A DNA stretch of 64,000 nucleotides from an uncultured virus (IMG/VR IMGVR_UViG_3300043080_000080) (lineage: Duplodnaviria; Heunggongvirae; Uroviricota; Caudoviricetes), in IMG/VR virus record IMGVR_UViG_3300043080_000080, one strand, 5' to 3'. The translations under genes were made by a program, and so were the position numbers. Below, piece after piece: positions 1 through 11,600 of this stretch. Under the pieces are notes generated by a model. That model was not told the DNA's origin and searched no databases. It saw only the letters and a list, made by a program, of their open reading frames with translations. Within the stretch, counting starts at the first letter, position 1. Each line of letters starts with the position of its first letter.

Positions 1-3000
1 CTGAAGATTCATCTGATAATGTACAAGAACAAACTGTACTTCCTTACACATATTGGAGTGACCTTCAGGCTACTAATCTAACTACATTCAGCGATAAATT
101 AACCAATACTATCAATACCCCGTTACAGATTGTTGAGAATGTTGTTAATGCTGCTGCAGACTCTATGGATGATGTACAGTCTTGGATTGTTAATCGTCTT
201 AGTGCTGTTAGTGAATTCATTACTGATCCTACAGGAAAAATAATTGAATGGATTACTACAGATACTTCGACAACTAATAATAATCCTGGAACTACTAAAA
301 CCACTACTAATACTTCTAAAACATCTTCTGCTACTAAGGTTAAGACTAGCACTACATCTACATCTTCTTCTAGCAAGAAATCTAGTTCTAGCAGTAGTTC
401 TTCTACTGGATTGATCTCTAAAGTAAAGAGCTTCTTCTCTAACCTGTTTGGTACAGGAGCACAATATGGGATGGGCTATTCTAAACAGATTGACCCATCA
501 ATATCTTCTATTAGATTTAATGCTGGTGGAGATAGTGAATACCAAACTATTGGCGATTCTGGTTGTGGTCCTGCAGCGGCAGTAAATGCTCTAGAAGCTA
601 TGTATGGTAGAGGTTCTAATGTAGTAAGCGCAGCTCAGTATGCTATCTCTCGTGGTTATAAAGAGAGAAATGGAGGAACAATGCCTGGATTCTTCGGGGA
701 TTATTTCTCTAGAAATGGTTATGCTTCTCAGACCACATCTAATAAGAGTACATTAGCCACTAACATCAGAGCAGGATTACCTACAGTATTAATGGGTACA
801 GATTCTAATGGTGTATCTTCTAGAACTCCTTATGGAACCAGCCCTCACTACGTTACTGCAACAGGTGTTGATTCTAACGGCCATGTTATTATACAAGATC
901 CGGAGTCTAAGTATGATAACCAGCTCTATTCAATCAATGACGTTCTTAGTAAGACAAGCTTTGGTGTTTCTGCTATGGGCAAGTATGGTCGTGGTAGGCG
1001 TACTAGTCGTACTGTATTTGGACGTGGTAGGGATGTTCTCAACCAGGATCTTTGTACATGGGCAGATGTAACAGCAGATGAGCTCAATAGCTGGATGGCT
1101 TCTTACAGAAGGACCAATAGTCCATTCTTAGGAAATGGTGCTCTATTTATAGAGATTGCTAATTCCACTGGAATGGATCCTGTGTATATTATTGCTCATG
1201 CAGCAAATGAGTCTGGATGGGGCAACTCTAATTATGCTGTAAATAGAGGTAACTATTTTGGTATTGGAGCATTTGATTCTAACCCTGATGCTGCATATAC
1301 ATTTACCACAAGTTCTACTAATAGTAATTTCCATCCTGAAGGATTACTCCAGGGAGTACAATGGATAAAGAAGAACTACTATGACTATGGTCAGACAACT
1401 CTTTATCTATATAATAATCCACCAGATGGATGGCATAACTATTCTACTGGAAACTGGGATACTGTTATATCCATCATGAATTCTTGTTATAATAGTATCT
1501 CTGGTTACGACACTCGTAAGAAGTATAAGCATACTGGAGATGGTTCCACTAGCGTATCTTCTAGCTCTAGCACTTCTACTAATTATAGCTCTACTGGAAC
1601 TACAAGTTCAACGTCTTCTAGTGGTTCTACTGGACTTATTGGTACTCTTAGTAATTTACTTGCTAACTCTAGAATTGGTCAAGCATTCTATAAACTCATC
1701 GGAGTTAGCGATAGTACTTCTAATAATACCTCTTCTAATACTTCCAGCAGTAGTTCCACTACTTCTACTACGTCATCTACTAATTTAACCAATACGGGCA
1801 ATGCATCCTTCCCCAAGTATAATCTTACCGATGATCAGATCAATGGTATTGCTAATATAGTTGGTCATGAGCAAGGGACAGAAGCAGGTTGGCTTGCAGA
1901 GGCATCTCTTATGGCTAACCGTACAGATATTAAGGGAGATCAGTATGCTACTCCTGAAAACTTGGTTAAACAGGTTACAGGAGGTTGGTTCGCATATGGT
2001 AGTAGTAGGTACAAGACTAGAGAAAGAACAAACTCTGGAACTGTAAATGCTGTTAAGACTGCTATTGTTGAAGGTAAGAGAACTGTTCCTAGATATATAA
2101 ATGAGCATGACTATATTGGCGATCTTACATCTGTAACTACAAACGGCAAATCTATTAGTGCTAGCAATAGAAGTGGTTATGTACAGCACCAGACTAAGAT
2201 TAAGAATAAGTATGGCTCTACATATACATTCTATTCATTCCCAAGCCCCACCAGTGATCCATTTGGTTATACTGATGATTCTTATCGTACTAAATGGGGC
2301 GATAGCCATTATGGTACTGGTAAATTCGGACGCGGTAAAGAAGAGAATGCTTCCAAGGTATGGTGGTATCTGAAAAAGAATGGTATGTCTGATAATGGTG
2401 CCGCTGGCATCTTAGGAAATCTTGAAGCGGAATCTGGTATTAGCCCAACTAACCTTCAGAATTCGTATGAAACAATTCTTGGTTATACTGATGACTCTTA
2501 TACTCAGGCTGTAGACGATGGGACTTATACTAATTTTGCAGATGATTCTGCAGGATATGGTATTGCTCAGTTTACTTATAATGCATATAAGAAAGCATTG
2601 CTTGCTAGAGCTAAGAATAGAAACAAATCTATTGGTTCTCTGACTAACCAGACTGAGTATCTGACTGAGTATGTTAAGGGTAGTATGAGTAGCCTCTGGA
2701 ACTCTCTGCTTAATGCGTCTGATCCTTCTGCTGCCGCTACTTTATTCCTTACACAGTATGAAAAGCCCACTGACCAAAGTACTTCTGTTAAGAATTATAG
2801 AGGAAAATTGGCTAAAGCATGGTACACCAAGCTTACTGGCACTGAAGGAACCGAGTTGGATGATGCTGATACTACATCTTCTTCTGATAGTTCTACCGCT
2901 TCCGATAGTACAACTACAACAACTACTAATGCTGTAAGTTCTTCTACTGGATTGATTGGAACTCTTAGTGATTTGCTTACTAACTCTAGAGTTGGTCAAG

Positions 3001-4355
3001 CTTTCTACAAGCTTATAGGTGTTACTAATTCTAATAACACTACTACCTCTTCCACAAGCAGCACAAGTTATAGTGGTACCACAAGTAGTTCTGTTGATGC
3101 AAGTGGAGATGCGGCTGCATTGGTTAAGGTTGCCGAAAATGAGATTGGATATACAGAGAAAGCGTCTAATGCTAATCTTGATGATGCAACTGCCAATGCT
3201 GGTTCTAATGATTATACTAAGTATGGCGAGTATACTGGCGCTAATGGCGCTCCATGGTGTGCATCCTTTATATCATGGTGCGCTAATCAAGCTGGAATAA
3301 GTACTGATGTAATTCCTAAGACAGCAGCTGCCGCTACTCTTAGAAATGCTTCTTCTACCCATCCAACACCACAAAATGCAACTGCTGGAGATTTTATTAC
3401 TTACGACTATAGTAATGACGGTACAGTCGATCATGTTAGTTTGGTTGAAAGTAGAAATGACACTGGCCTTACTGCCATTGATGGTAACTGGAATAACAGG
3501 GTAGAAAGAGTAACGCATAAGTTTAGTGATGGTACTTCCACTTGGACTATTACTAGGCCTAATTATGCTAATACTATTAGAGATACATCTACTACTGAAG
3601 AGGCTGATACAATTTCTAATGTAGTTGATAAATCTAATACTACATCTTCTTCCATACTAGACAAAGCACTGTCTGTTGTAGGAACAACTGGTACAAAATC
3701 AACGTCCACCACTAGTACAAGCACTACAAAATCAACAGGCACAAATCTAAGAGATAGTAGCAATAGTAATTCTACTTTAGGATCTAATACTATTGGCTCA
3801 TCGCTTATAAATAAAGCTTCTGTTCTAGGAACTGGAGGAAACAACAATAAGCCGCTGGCAAGATTCGGTAGATTCAAGAATGCTACTAACGGTAGAGGCT
3901 CAATATACAGTGTGAAATATAATACTATCAGAGATGCATTTGGTAATATTATAGGTACTACTGAAACTAGTATTGAAGATCAGGAGATTGCTGCACAGCA
4001 TAGAGGCAACAGTGGTTATGGTCGTGGTACTGTACAGTATGGCATGGCTACAACTAGAGATTATAGCAATCTTATTGATTCTATTATCACAGTTCTCTAT
4101 ACTATCGCAGATAATACCGATAAGCTGAATGTAATTGTTACCATACTTAATAATAAGCTTGGTACTAATATTACATCTTCAGATGTAGCAGAAGCAACTA
4201 ACTCAAATTCAAGTTTGCTGAAAGAGAAATTACAGAGTACCCTTACAGGAAATGCTGTTTCTCAAGCTTCTAAATTAAATTCTATTGCTGATGAACTTGG
4301 AGATTCCTCCATAACCTCCATAATATCGGCAATGAATGCTATTGCATCTGAATAA
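1..4355 (+). CDS. C-terminal part of giant tail-associated multi-domain peptidoglycan hydrolase (tape-measure/tail lysin type): C39-like peptidase, GH73 glucosaminidase, SleB-like, phage tail lysozyme, CHAP
   Basis: Frame of ORF 165..4355 is open back to nt 3, so the gene starts before the window. Motifs: SGCGP...PHYV...IQDP (C39_2); AHAANESGWG..NYFGIGAFDSNP (GH73); IANIVGHEQG..EASLMANR (SleB-like); AAGILGNLEAESG..GYGIAQFT..YEKP (tail lysozyme); PWCASFISWC..DHVSLV..IDGN (CHAP); S/T-rich linkers. Confidence 0.85.
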   Translation, partial: EDSSDNVQEQTVLPYTYWSDLQATNLTTFSDKLTNTINTPLQIVENVVNAAADSMDDVQSWIVNRLSAVSEFITDPTGKIIEWITTDTSTTNNNPGTTKTTTNTSKTSSATKVKTSTTSTSSSSKKSSSSSSSSTGLISKVKSFFSNLFGTGAQYGMGYSKQIDPSISSIRFNAGGDSEYQTIGDSGCGPAAAVNALEAMYGRGSNVVSAAQYAISRGYKERNGGTMPGFFGDYFSRNGYASQTTSNKSTLATNIRAGLPTVLMGTDSNGVSSRTPYGTSPHYVTATGVDSNGHVIIQDPESKYDNQLYSINDVLSKTSFGVSAMGKYGRGRRTSRTVFGRGRDVLNQDLCTWADVTADELNSWMASYRRTNSPFLGNGALFIEIANSTGMDPVYIIAHAANESGWGNSNYAVNRGNYFGIGAFDSNPDAAYTFTTSSTNSNFHPEGLLQGVQWIKKNYYDYGQTTLYLYNNPPDGWHNYSTGNWDTVISIMNSCYNSISGYDTRKKYKHTGDGSTSVSSSSSTSTNYSSTGTTSSTSSSGSTGLIGTLSNLLANSRIGQAFYKLIGVSDSTSNNTSSNTSSSSSTTSTTSSTNLTNTGNASFPKYNLTDDQINGIANIVGHEQGTEAGWLAEASLMANRTDIKGDQYATPENLVKQVTGGWFAYGSSRYKTRERTNSGTVNAVKTAIVEGKRTVPRYINEHDYIGDLTSVTTNGKSISASNRSGYVQHQTKIKNKYGSTYTFYSFPSPTSDPFGYTDDSYRTKWGDSHYGTGKFGRGKEENASKVWWYLKKNGMSDNGAAGILGNLEAESGISPTNLQNSYETILGYTDDSYTQAVDDGTYTNFADDSAGYGIAQFTYNAYKKALLARAKNRNKSIGSLTNQTEYLTEYVKGSMSSLWNSLLNASDPSAAATLFLTQYEKPTDQSTSVKNYRGKLAKAWYTKLTGTEGTELDDADTTSSSDSSTASDSTTTTTTNAVSSSTGLIGTLSDLLTNSRVGQAFYKLIGVTNSNNTTTSSTSSTSYSGTTSSSVDASGDAAALVKVAENEIGYTEKASNANLDDATANAGSNDYTKYGEYTGANGAPWCASFISWCANQAGISTDVIPKTAAAATLRNASSTHPTPQNATAGDFITYDYSNDGTVDHVSLVESRNDTGLTAIDGNWNNRVERVTHKFSDGTSTWTITRPNYANTIRDTSTTEEADTISNVVDKSNTTSSSILDKALSVVGTTGTKSTSTTSTSTTKSTGTNLRDSSNSNSTLGSNTIGSSLINKASVLGTGGNNNKPLARFGRFKNATNGRGSIYSVKYNTIRDAFGNIIGTTETSIEDQEIAAQHRGNSGYGRGTVQYGMATTRDYSNLIDSIITVLYTIADNTDKLNVIVTILNNKLGTNITSSDVAEATNSNSSLLKEKLQSTLTGNAVSQASKLNSIADELGDSSITSIISAMNAIASE
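1626..3023 (+). repeat. Intragenic 27-aa duplicated segment (1626-1706 and 2943-3023)
   Basis: STGLIGTLSNLLANSRIGQAFYKLIGV vs STGLIGTLSDLLTNSRVGQAFYKLIGV, 24/27 identical. Confidence 0.9.
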
Positions 4356-4361
4356 AATAAT

Positions 4362-4385
4362 GGGTGGGTCAGAAATGACCCACCC
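4362..4385 (+). terminator. Hairpin terminator, GAAA loop
   Basis: GGGTGGGTCA-GAAA-TGACCCACCC just after stop of tail lysin. Confidence 0.75.
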
Positions 4386-4425
4386 TACATACTAATAAAA
4401 ATCACTATATCCGGAGGTGGATTAT

Positions 4426-6456
4426 ATGGCTAAAACAGAAGTACAGAATAACCTTCTGTATTTACTATATGGTGGAAGTGGTGGATCTATAAGCTGTGAT
4501 TTTGATGGCTACACAACTGTATCTGGCCGCCATGAGGGTATAGACTGTGTTAAATCAGAAGGATCTGATATATACGCCATAAGCAGTGGCACAATTATAT
4601 CTGTAACCAGACCAGCATCTTCTAGTTCAACATCAACACTATTTGTGTATGATTCTACAAATGATAAAACTGTGTGCTATATGCACTCTAATTTTGATAG
4701 TAATCTTGCTGTAGGACAAACTATTACAGCTGGAACTCATATTGGTACTGAAGGGGCAAATGGTAATGTAACAGGGCCACATACGCATGTAGAAGTACTT
4801 AACGGTAAAAGGGCTTATGCGTCTAAATCTGTTAACGATAGCACATTAGATAACTCAGACCCGTATACAACGTATTGGAATGGATTATTATCTAATGGTG
4901 TTACTGGAGTTACATTCACTGATAGTTCTGGTAGTAGTAGTTCTACTAGCATAAATTTAGATGATGGTATAGAGGTTTCTGATTGGTCGGTTGATGATTC
5001 ATTTACTCAATCATATCTTATATCTAATCCTACGGAAGAAGAGTACACTAATAATTTATCATCGTCTCTTAGAATAACAGATATCCGTGGTATCTTAGGA
5101 GTTCCTCATCAATTCTTACCGTCAGCAGATGCTAGAATTAGTACAGCTTCAGGAGCCGGAGATGTTGGTGATCTAGGCAGAGTATATACAGATAAAATTA
5201 TCAAACAGATTCCATTATTACTTATAACTCCAGGAACTCCGCAATTCATGGCAGGTTACTCAAAAGATCAGAAAGCTACAGCTATTGCTAATCTATTTCC
5301 AGATGGTGGTACAGAAGACGATCTTGACTCATTGGTTAATGATACTTCTGGCAAGTACTATACATTAAAATTTGCTTATACTGATTATTATGAGTATCTT
5401 AATGAGATGCTGCGTTCTGCAGCTATCCTATTAGAGATAGAGGATTTTGAAATAGAATCTGGAAAAAAGCTTGGATCTTATAACTGGATGAACCATACTA
5501 CTAGCGGTGGAGATGATACTGAAACTACCATATTTGGTTCATCTGGATTATCTGCTTTTCTTGGGCCATACGCTGGATGCATTGCAGCATACGCAGACTG
5601 TGGTAATACGGTAGATGATTCCTTTAGAAATGATACATCCAATTCTCAGCTAGCTTCGGCTATTAATAGTCTATCAGATCAAGGTAGAGAGTTAAACTTC
5701 TTGATTGGTAATGTAGGTGGCCAAGCAGGATTAAAGTTAGACGCATTAGCAGGTGGTTTAGGAGTAGACGCTGCTGTTAGCACTGTAGCCGACGGAATAG
5801 ACTCTCTGTTAGGAAATAATAATATCTTCTCTAATATTCTTAATAAAACTTCTACTATACTTGCGGGTGGTAGAATGGTATTCCCAAAGATATGGTCAGA
5901 GTCATCATTCTCTAGATCTTATGGAGTTAAGATGAAATTAGTATCTCCATCTGGAGATAAGGTTTCTGTATTCTTGAATATATTAGTACCAATATACCAC
6001 ATATTAGCACTCACATTACCAAGACAATCAGAAGGTCAGACATACTTTTCACCATTCTTAGTTCGTGCATACTCTAAGTCTTTATTCAACGTAGATATGG
6101 GATTGATAACAAACTTATCTATATCTAAAGGCGCAGAAGGAGAATGGACTCAAGATGGCTTACCAACAGTAGCAGATGTATCTTTTGATATTGAAGATCT
6201 ATATGACAACATGTTTATGTCATCTGCAGCCGCTCAGGGTACATTTACCGGAATAATGAGTAATATTACTGAACTTGATTATATTGCTAACTCATGTGGT
6301 GTTAATATAAACGACCATGAAATAGCAAGAACCATTCAGCTATATACTGCATTGACAGCTGGATCTATTAAGGATAGAATCCAGATCGGAATATTTGGTA
6401 AGATACAACAGTGGTGCAGCCAGAAGATACAAAACATATTCGGTATGTTTTCTTAA
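4426..6456 (+). CDS. M23 peptidase fused to virion/baseplate structural domain
   Basis: HEGID...YMH...TGPHTHVE is the M23 motif set; C-terminal part (GLITNLSISKG..WT.DGLP..DVSF.IEDLY) resembles tube/baseplate proteins; GGAGG RBS favours ATG 4426. Confidence 0.7.
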   Translation: MAKTEVQNNLLYLLYGGSGGSISCDFDGYTTVSGRHEGIDCVKSEGSDIYAISSGTIISVTRPASSSSTSTLFVYDSTNDKTVCYMHSNFDSNLAVGQTITAGTHIGTEGANGNVTGPHTHVEVLNGKRAYASKSVNDSTLDNSDPYTTYWNGLLSNGVTGVTFTDSSGSSSSTSINLDDGIEVSDWSVDDSFTQSYLISNPTEEEYTNNLSSSLRITDIRGILGVPHQFLPSADARISTASGAGDVGDLGRVYTDKIIKQIPLLLITPGTPQFMAGYSKDQKATAIANLFPDGGTEDDLDSLVNDTSGKYYTLKFAYTDYYEYLNEMLRSAAILLEIEDFEIESGKKLGSYNWMNHTTSGGDDTETTIFGSSGLSAFLGPYAGCIAAYADCGNTVDDSFRNDTSNSQLASAINSLSDQGRELNFLIGNVGGQAGLKLDALAGGLGVDAAVSTVADGIDSLLGNNNIFSNILNKTSTILAGGRMVFPKIWSESSFSRSYGVKMKLVSPSGDKVSVFLNILVPIYHILALTLPRQSEGQTYFSPFLVRAYSKSLFNVDMGLITNLSISKGAEGEWTQDGLPTVADVSFDIEDLYDNMFMSSAAAQGTFTGIMSNITELDYIANSCGVNINDHEIARTIQLYTALTAGSIKDRIQIGIFGKIQQWCSQKIQNIFGMFS

Positions 6457-6502
6457 ACAATTGATATGCCAAGCACATTGGTATAAAGATTGAGGTGAAC
6501 AA

Positions 6503-7249
6503 ATGAAGAATAGAAAACAAAAAATGTTGGACTACCAAGAGAAGTATGGTAGTATACCAAAAGATTATATAGATAGACTACAATACTTATATGATACTCT
6601 AAAGATAGATGACACTAAATCTGATGAGATTCTATCTGCTAGAGAAGCATTTATAAATTCTACATATTATGAAACTATAAGAATGGTATTCTATGAAGTA
6701 CCAGAATATACTCCTAGACCGAGAGCTAGACTAATCAACAAGGCAGGAATTATAAATGCTGCAACTGGAAATAATAGTTTTATTCAAGTCTATTCTATTA
6801 CAGGTAGACAGAATAGAGAATATATGAAAATGTATACTCAGCAGAATCTTGGAGAATTGGAAGGATTACTTTGTACTCCATGCGATATAGAGTATAATGT
6901 ATATTTCCCAACGCCATCTTATTATAATAAGACTCAAGTATTTCTAGCAGAGATTGGTTTAGATAGGCCATTAACTAAACCGGACTTTGATAATATAGAG
7001 AAATCTTATGCAGATTCATTCACGGGTAATATATGGATAGATGATATAGTTGTAGTAGACGCGAGCTTCCATAAATACTATTCTATATTACCCAGAGTAG
7101 AAATCAATCTAAAATATGCAAACCATGTTTACAACGTACATCAGTATAAAGCCATGACCAATCGAAAGGACTTTACCACCGAAATGCATCTTCAATATTT
7201 CGGAGGTAAGTCTAATGATTCTACGTCAAATAGCCGAAGCCAAAATTGA
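6503..7249 (+). CDS. rusA: RusA-family Holliday junction resolvase
   Basis: PRPR, KPDFDNIEK...D...IWIDD..VV, KYYS..PRVEI motifs. Confidence 0.85.
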   Translation: MKNRKQKMLDYQEKYGSIPKDYIDRLQYLYDTLKIDDTKSDEILSAREAFINSTYYETIRMVFYEVPEYTPRPRARLINKAGIINAATGNNSFIQVYSITGRQNREYMKMYTQQNLGELEGLLCTPCDIEYNVYFPTPSYYNKTQVFLAEIGLDRPLTKPDFDNIEKSYADSFTGNIWIDDIVVVDASFHKYYSILPRVEINLKYANHVYNVHQYKAMTNRKDFTTEMHLQYFGGKSNDSTSNSRSQN

Positions 7250-7490
7250 GATGCTAGATAAAGAGCCTGCTATATTAAAAGATCTTATCCAGGGATATGA
7301 TACTGATCTTACTGTAATTGATAACGATGATAGGACGCTCAATATTAAATCTACTGGAGATATTCACGATCATATACAGGCTATTAATAATGCTATGCAT
7401 GATTGGCTTGGCAGGGATTTAGTATTTCCCATTCAGTTGATCTATGAGACTTTCTACATAGATCGAAATACATGTTTAATTAAAGTATAA
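7215..7490 (+). CDS. hypothetical protein
   Basis: GGAGG RBS, ORF followed by terminator. Confidence 0.65.
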   Translation: MILRQIAEAKIEMLDKEPAILKDLIQGYDTDLTVIDNDDRTLNIKSTGDIHDHIQAINNAMHDWLGRDLVFPIQLIYETFYIDRNTCLIKV

Positions 7491-7491
7491 A

Positions 7492-7541
7492 AATCACAAG
7501 AGTCCCCCATGGGAGCAATCCCATGGGGCTCTTGCGTGATT
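7492..7541. terminator. Bidirectional hairpin between convergent genes
   Basis: CCCCATGGGA-GCAA-TCCCATGGGG with extended AATCAC..GTGATT arms. Confidence 0.75.
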
Positions 7542-7563
7542 CAAATATATTAAACTAACTATA

Positions 7564-8586
7564 TTAGAGGCCCTTTAAATACTCATTAATGAATGCTTCA
7601 TTCACATTAACCATGCGGGTTGTATTTACCATCTCTAACATAGTGTAGATAAGCGTGGTACTGTCTACAATAGATTCCATGTCTACTGTAGATTCATTCA
7701 TATACTGTGCCTTATAAGAATCATCTGTTAATACTTTACGAGTTAAAGCTTCAACCATGATATTGAATACATTCTTAGGTCTGCTAAGCTTCATCTCATT
7801 AATCTTACGTTTAGCCATCATGGAGTACTCCTCAGCGAGAGTATCAGCATGACCAGGATCGCTATCGTCAGAGGTATCAATACTAGCAATCTTTTCCTTT
7901 GCCTGATTGATAATATCCTCGTACTCCATCTTAGCATAAGAGTTGCTATCTACAAATTGCTGGATGGCATCTGCCACTCTGTCCTTAATGAGCTTAGAAG
8001 CGTCATCACAATCAAGATCATCAAGCTCATTATAAAAGTCATCCTTAATTGTAGTAGACAACTTATACTCTTTAGCCTCACCAGGCTTAGAAGCATCTAC
8101 ATACTTACCCTCACAGCTAGTAAGGGAAGTACAATCCTCAAGCACTTTATTATAATACTTCATAGTGATTCTAGCCATCTCAGACAGAAGCATACTGCGA
8201 GTAGAGAAGTCATTTACTAAATTACCAGCGCCATTCTCATGAACAAATCTATTCACGAGATTACGAGCGATATTTCTATCTCTTCTTGTCATAGGAGCGG
8301 CAGTAGATTCTCTATAGAGCTTCATAATACACTCAGACAGAAATGCTTCTTTTACATTCTGTAAGAACTCAGAGCGATTCTTAGAATCCTTAACCTGTTC
8401 ATTAATATAACCCTGCATTTTGGAAGCATGCTCTTCAAGAGCTCTATCTGCAGCGGCCTGCTCACGAACAGTCTTCTCTTGCTCTTCAGCATATAATTCC
8501 ATTTTATGTTCAAGAACCATCTTGTTGAGCTCTGTAGCGCTGAGTCTCATATTCTTAGATGGTACATTCATTGTACTGTAAACCAT
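7564..8586 (-). CDS. putative virion/head-associated protein (helical)
   Basis: 340-aa ORF, AGGAGG RBS, late-type motif at 8608-8619, xES/xEA sites. Confidence 0.55.
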   Translation of the reverse strand: MVYSTMNVPSKNMRLSATELNKMVLEHKMELYAEEQEKTVREQAAADRALEEHASKMQGYINEQVKDSKNRSEFLQNVKEAFLSECIMKLYRESTAAPMTRRDRNIARNLVNRFVHENGAGNLVNDFSTRSMLLSEMARITMKYYNKVLEDCTSLTSCEGKYVDASKPGEAKEYKLSTTIKDDFYNELDDLDCDDASKLIKDRVADAIQQFVDSNSYAKMEYEDIINQAKEKIASIDTSDDSDPGHADTLAEEYSMMAKRKINEMKLSRPKNVFNIMVEALTRKVLTDDSYKAQYMNESTVDMESIVDSTTLIYTMLEMVNTTRMVNVNEAFINEYLKGL

Positions 8587-8627
8587 TTCGGATACCTCCT
8601 TTATACTTAATGGAATGTTTTATCTTA

Positions 8628-11600
8628 TTAATATACGGTGATTCCTATATTGGGAACATTGGTTCCATCTCTTAAGGTTTCTACATTTAAGAACTCTGGG
8701 CATATATCTGCATCTACTGTAGAATCGAGGTATAAATGCTGGCAAGAAGAGCCATAGCCATTTACATCCATGAACTCAAAATATACCAACTGTTCTCTAT
8801 AGTTATTAGTAATCAATGTAATTACATTCGGTATATGAAGTTCATTTACTTCATTAATATCCTCTATGTATTCCTTTACATCGTTTATAATATTATCAGT
8901 AATATACTTATCTGCAGAGGATTCTGCCTCAAGAGCAAACTTAAAGTTCAATGCTACATTGTCGATATAGTTGATACACTTAGCTGTATCAGCAATCTTA
9001 ACCCAGCCTTCATAGGGAGATGTAATATAACCCCATTGACCTTTAATCTTAGTAATCTTAATCTGAGTAGAATACGGTATTGTAGCAACAAGAGCATCCT
9101 TATCATCTTCGTCCACAGTAGAGCTAAGAACTTTAAGCTCTTTTACCGCTACAGTAGCCTTATAGTTTGTAGAGGAGGGTATATCATAATAGAAGGTTCT
9201 AGATGGGCCAAACGTATTAAAGAATTTAAGATCGATATCAAATGTATCCTCTAATACGTATAAGCACTCTGTAATGTATTTACGTCTTTCATCTAGATAG
9301 AAGATATAGTCCTGCATTGCATCTTCTGTACTGAAATACCCATTCATAACCATTGGTACTCTGTACATCTTATAGTCATAATAATAAGTATTATTCTCAT
9401 TGGTTAAATACACAGGCTTATATTCTGTATACTCATTGCCAAGACTATCAGTTCTTTTTGTTTCTGTATAGACTGGATTACCATTCTCATCAGTCTTTTG
9501 AACCATTACTACACTAACAGTACTTCTCATCATCGGAGAATAATCTTGATAGAAATCTAATCCGCCATCTACAGCCATTACATTACACACAGAATATCTA
9601 GAGAGATCTACAAAGCTATAGGAATCTATAGCAGCAATTACATCTTCATCTTTAAGAATAATATTTTGTACAAACTCAGAGTTCTTATTATTTCTAAGAT
9701 ACCTAAGAATTGCTACATTAGTTTCTTGGTCGTTGTTATTATATTTCTTAACCTCATCAAGATATGCTGAGTTGGATCTAATTATACTAACGATAGAAAC
9801 TTGAGAACCATCTTTAGTTAAATAGATCTCATTATTAAGGAACGCATCAACAACATCATCTCTGTTAGGAATAAGAGATTCTATCTCTGTTCTATTACCG
9901 ATACCATCTTCACCGTATAGAACAATCTCTTCAGTCTCTGCTGTGACTGTAGTACCATTGATTACATCGCCTTCTTTAGTACCAAAGTCTGCCATGATAA
10001 ATACTTTAGCATAAGTATTGCTATTCATATAACCATGGGAGCTCTCTATAGTAGTCTTTGGTTGCAGTGCTTCAGGTTTAGCATTATAGATTCCAGTGAT
10101 ATTGATTCTATTATTAAGATCCATTACATCATCTGTACCCATAACGAATCTAAATGTATAAACGCCACCACTGAATTCGGTTAGTTCTCCTTCAATGTAA
10201 CGATATGGATTAGTGCTAGTATCATCAGCATACATAACCATTATGACTTTAATACGCACATCATCAAATACTACATCTCCATTAGCATCTTTATGGCTAA
10301 TGACTAAATTATAATCTCCCGTATTATTCTGAGCAATATCCATAGTCATTATGTACTTATTATCATATAGAGATCCATACTCAGATATAAACTGTCGCTT
10401 CCAGTTCATATTGGTAGCAATGAATTGTAGATCTGAATCTGTATTAATAGATGCAAATTGGAAAGTCTTATTCTCATCCATTAGTGTCATAAGATACGAA
10501 GTAATCAGATCATCATCAACAGAAATAAGAAATGGAGAGATATATTCAAATACTCTTACCAACTCACCATCTGCATTTGTAGTCATTGGATTCGGATATA
10601 GATCTTCATCTAATCCTTCTTCATACACTGGTGGTGTTACTGTAGCATAATCATTGTCTGTATCTGTACCATGGTCATAGTAATAGAACACTGTTCCTGG
10701 AGAGATAACCATATTGTTATTACCAGAGAAACCCTTAAAGTCTGACTGTGTTAGTTTTACATTAAGAGTATTTGTTGGTACAATGTATCCATCTTTCTTC
10801 ATAAGAAGATAAGCATAATACATTCTTTCAAATTGGTTATCTCTTTTCTTCTTGAAGTACAGCTTGCACTCATAGTCATCAACAGAGTTAAAGAAGTTCT
10901 CTAAATCTGTGGTATTAATGATTGCTCCTCTGGAGGATGCTTCTCTAGGAATAATACGTCTAAGATCAGAAACAGATTTCTTATCTTTACCACCATTAGA
11001 GATACCATTCATCAGAGGATAGATGTAAGCATACATACCTGCGTAGTCATTATAAGTATCACTACGTAATGCTGTTCTAAAACTATCGGTATATGTAAAA
11101 TTACCATTAGATCCTTGACAGAGTTTTATATTTACTTTAACCTCGGCATTCAATCCTGGTACATAAGAATCTCTACTGAATAGAATACGAATAGTGTACT
11201 CATCCAAGAATTCATAATAGCACCAGTAGTCATCATCAACAGAGTTATCCAATAGTCCAGCATATACCGGAGTTAAATGAATTGTATTGCCACCCTCTGT
11301 TACATCTACATCAAATGCTGCTAACTGATCTTCAAATTCAAATGTAACAGCTTTATTCTCAATGGAGTTATTTGTAAGAATACTCTTAGTCACTTCAACC
11401 ATAGAAACCTGATGAAGTCTAGCAGAGAATGCTACATAATCTCTATTGTCTAATGTAGTTTGAATTACTGTAGTGATATATGGATTTGTTATATCTGATA
11501 TAGGATTAGCCTGCCGGATGGTAGAAGTACCCTCTTCAAACAAATCATACATCGCTGTGTACACATATTTACCCTGAGGGTTACGAATTCTATTGATGAT

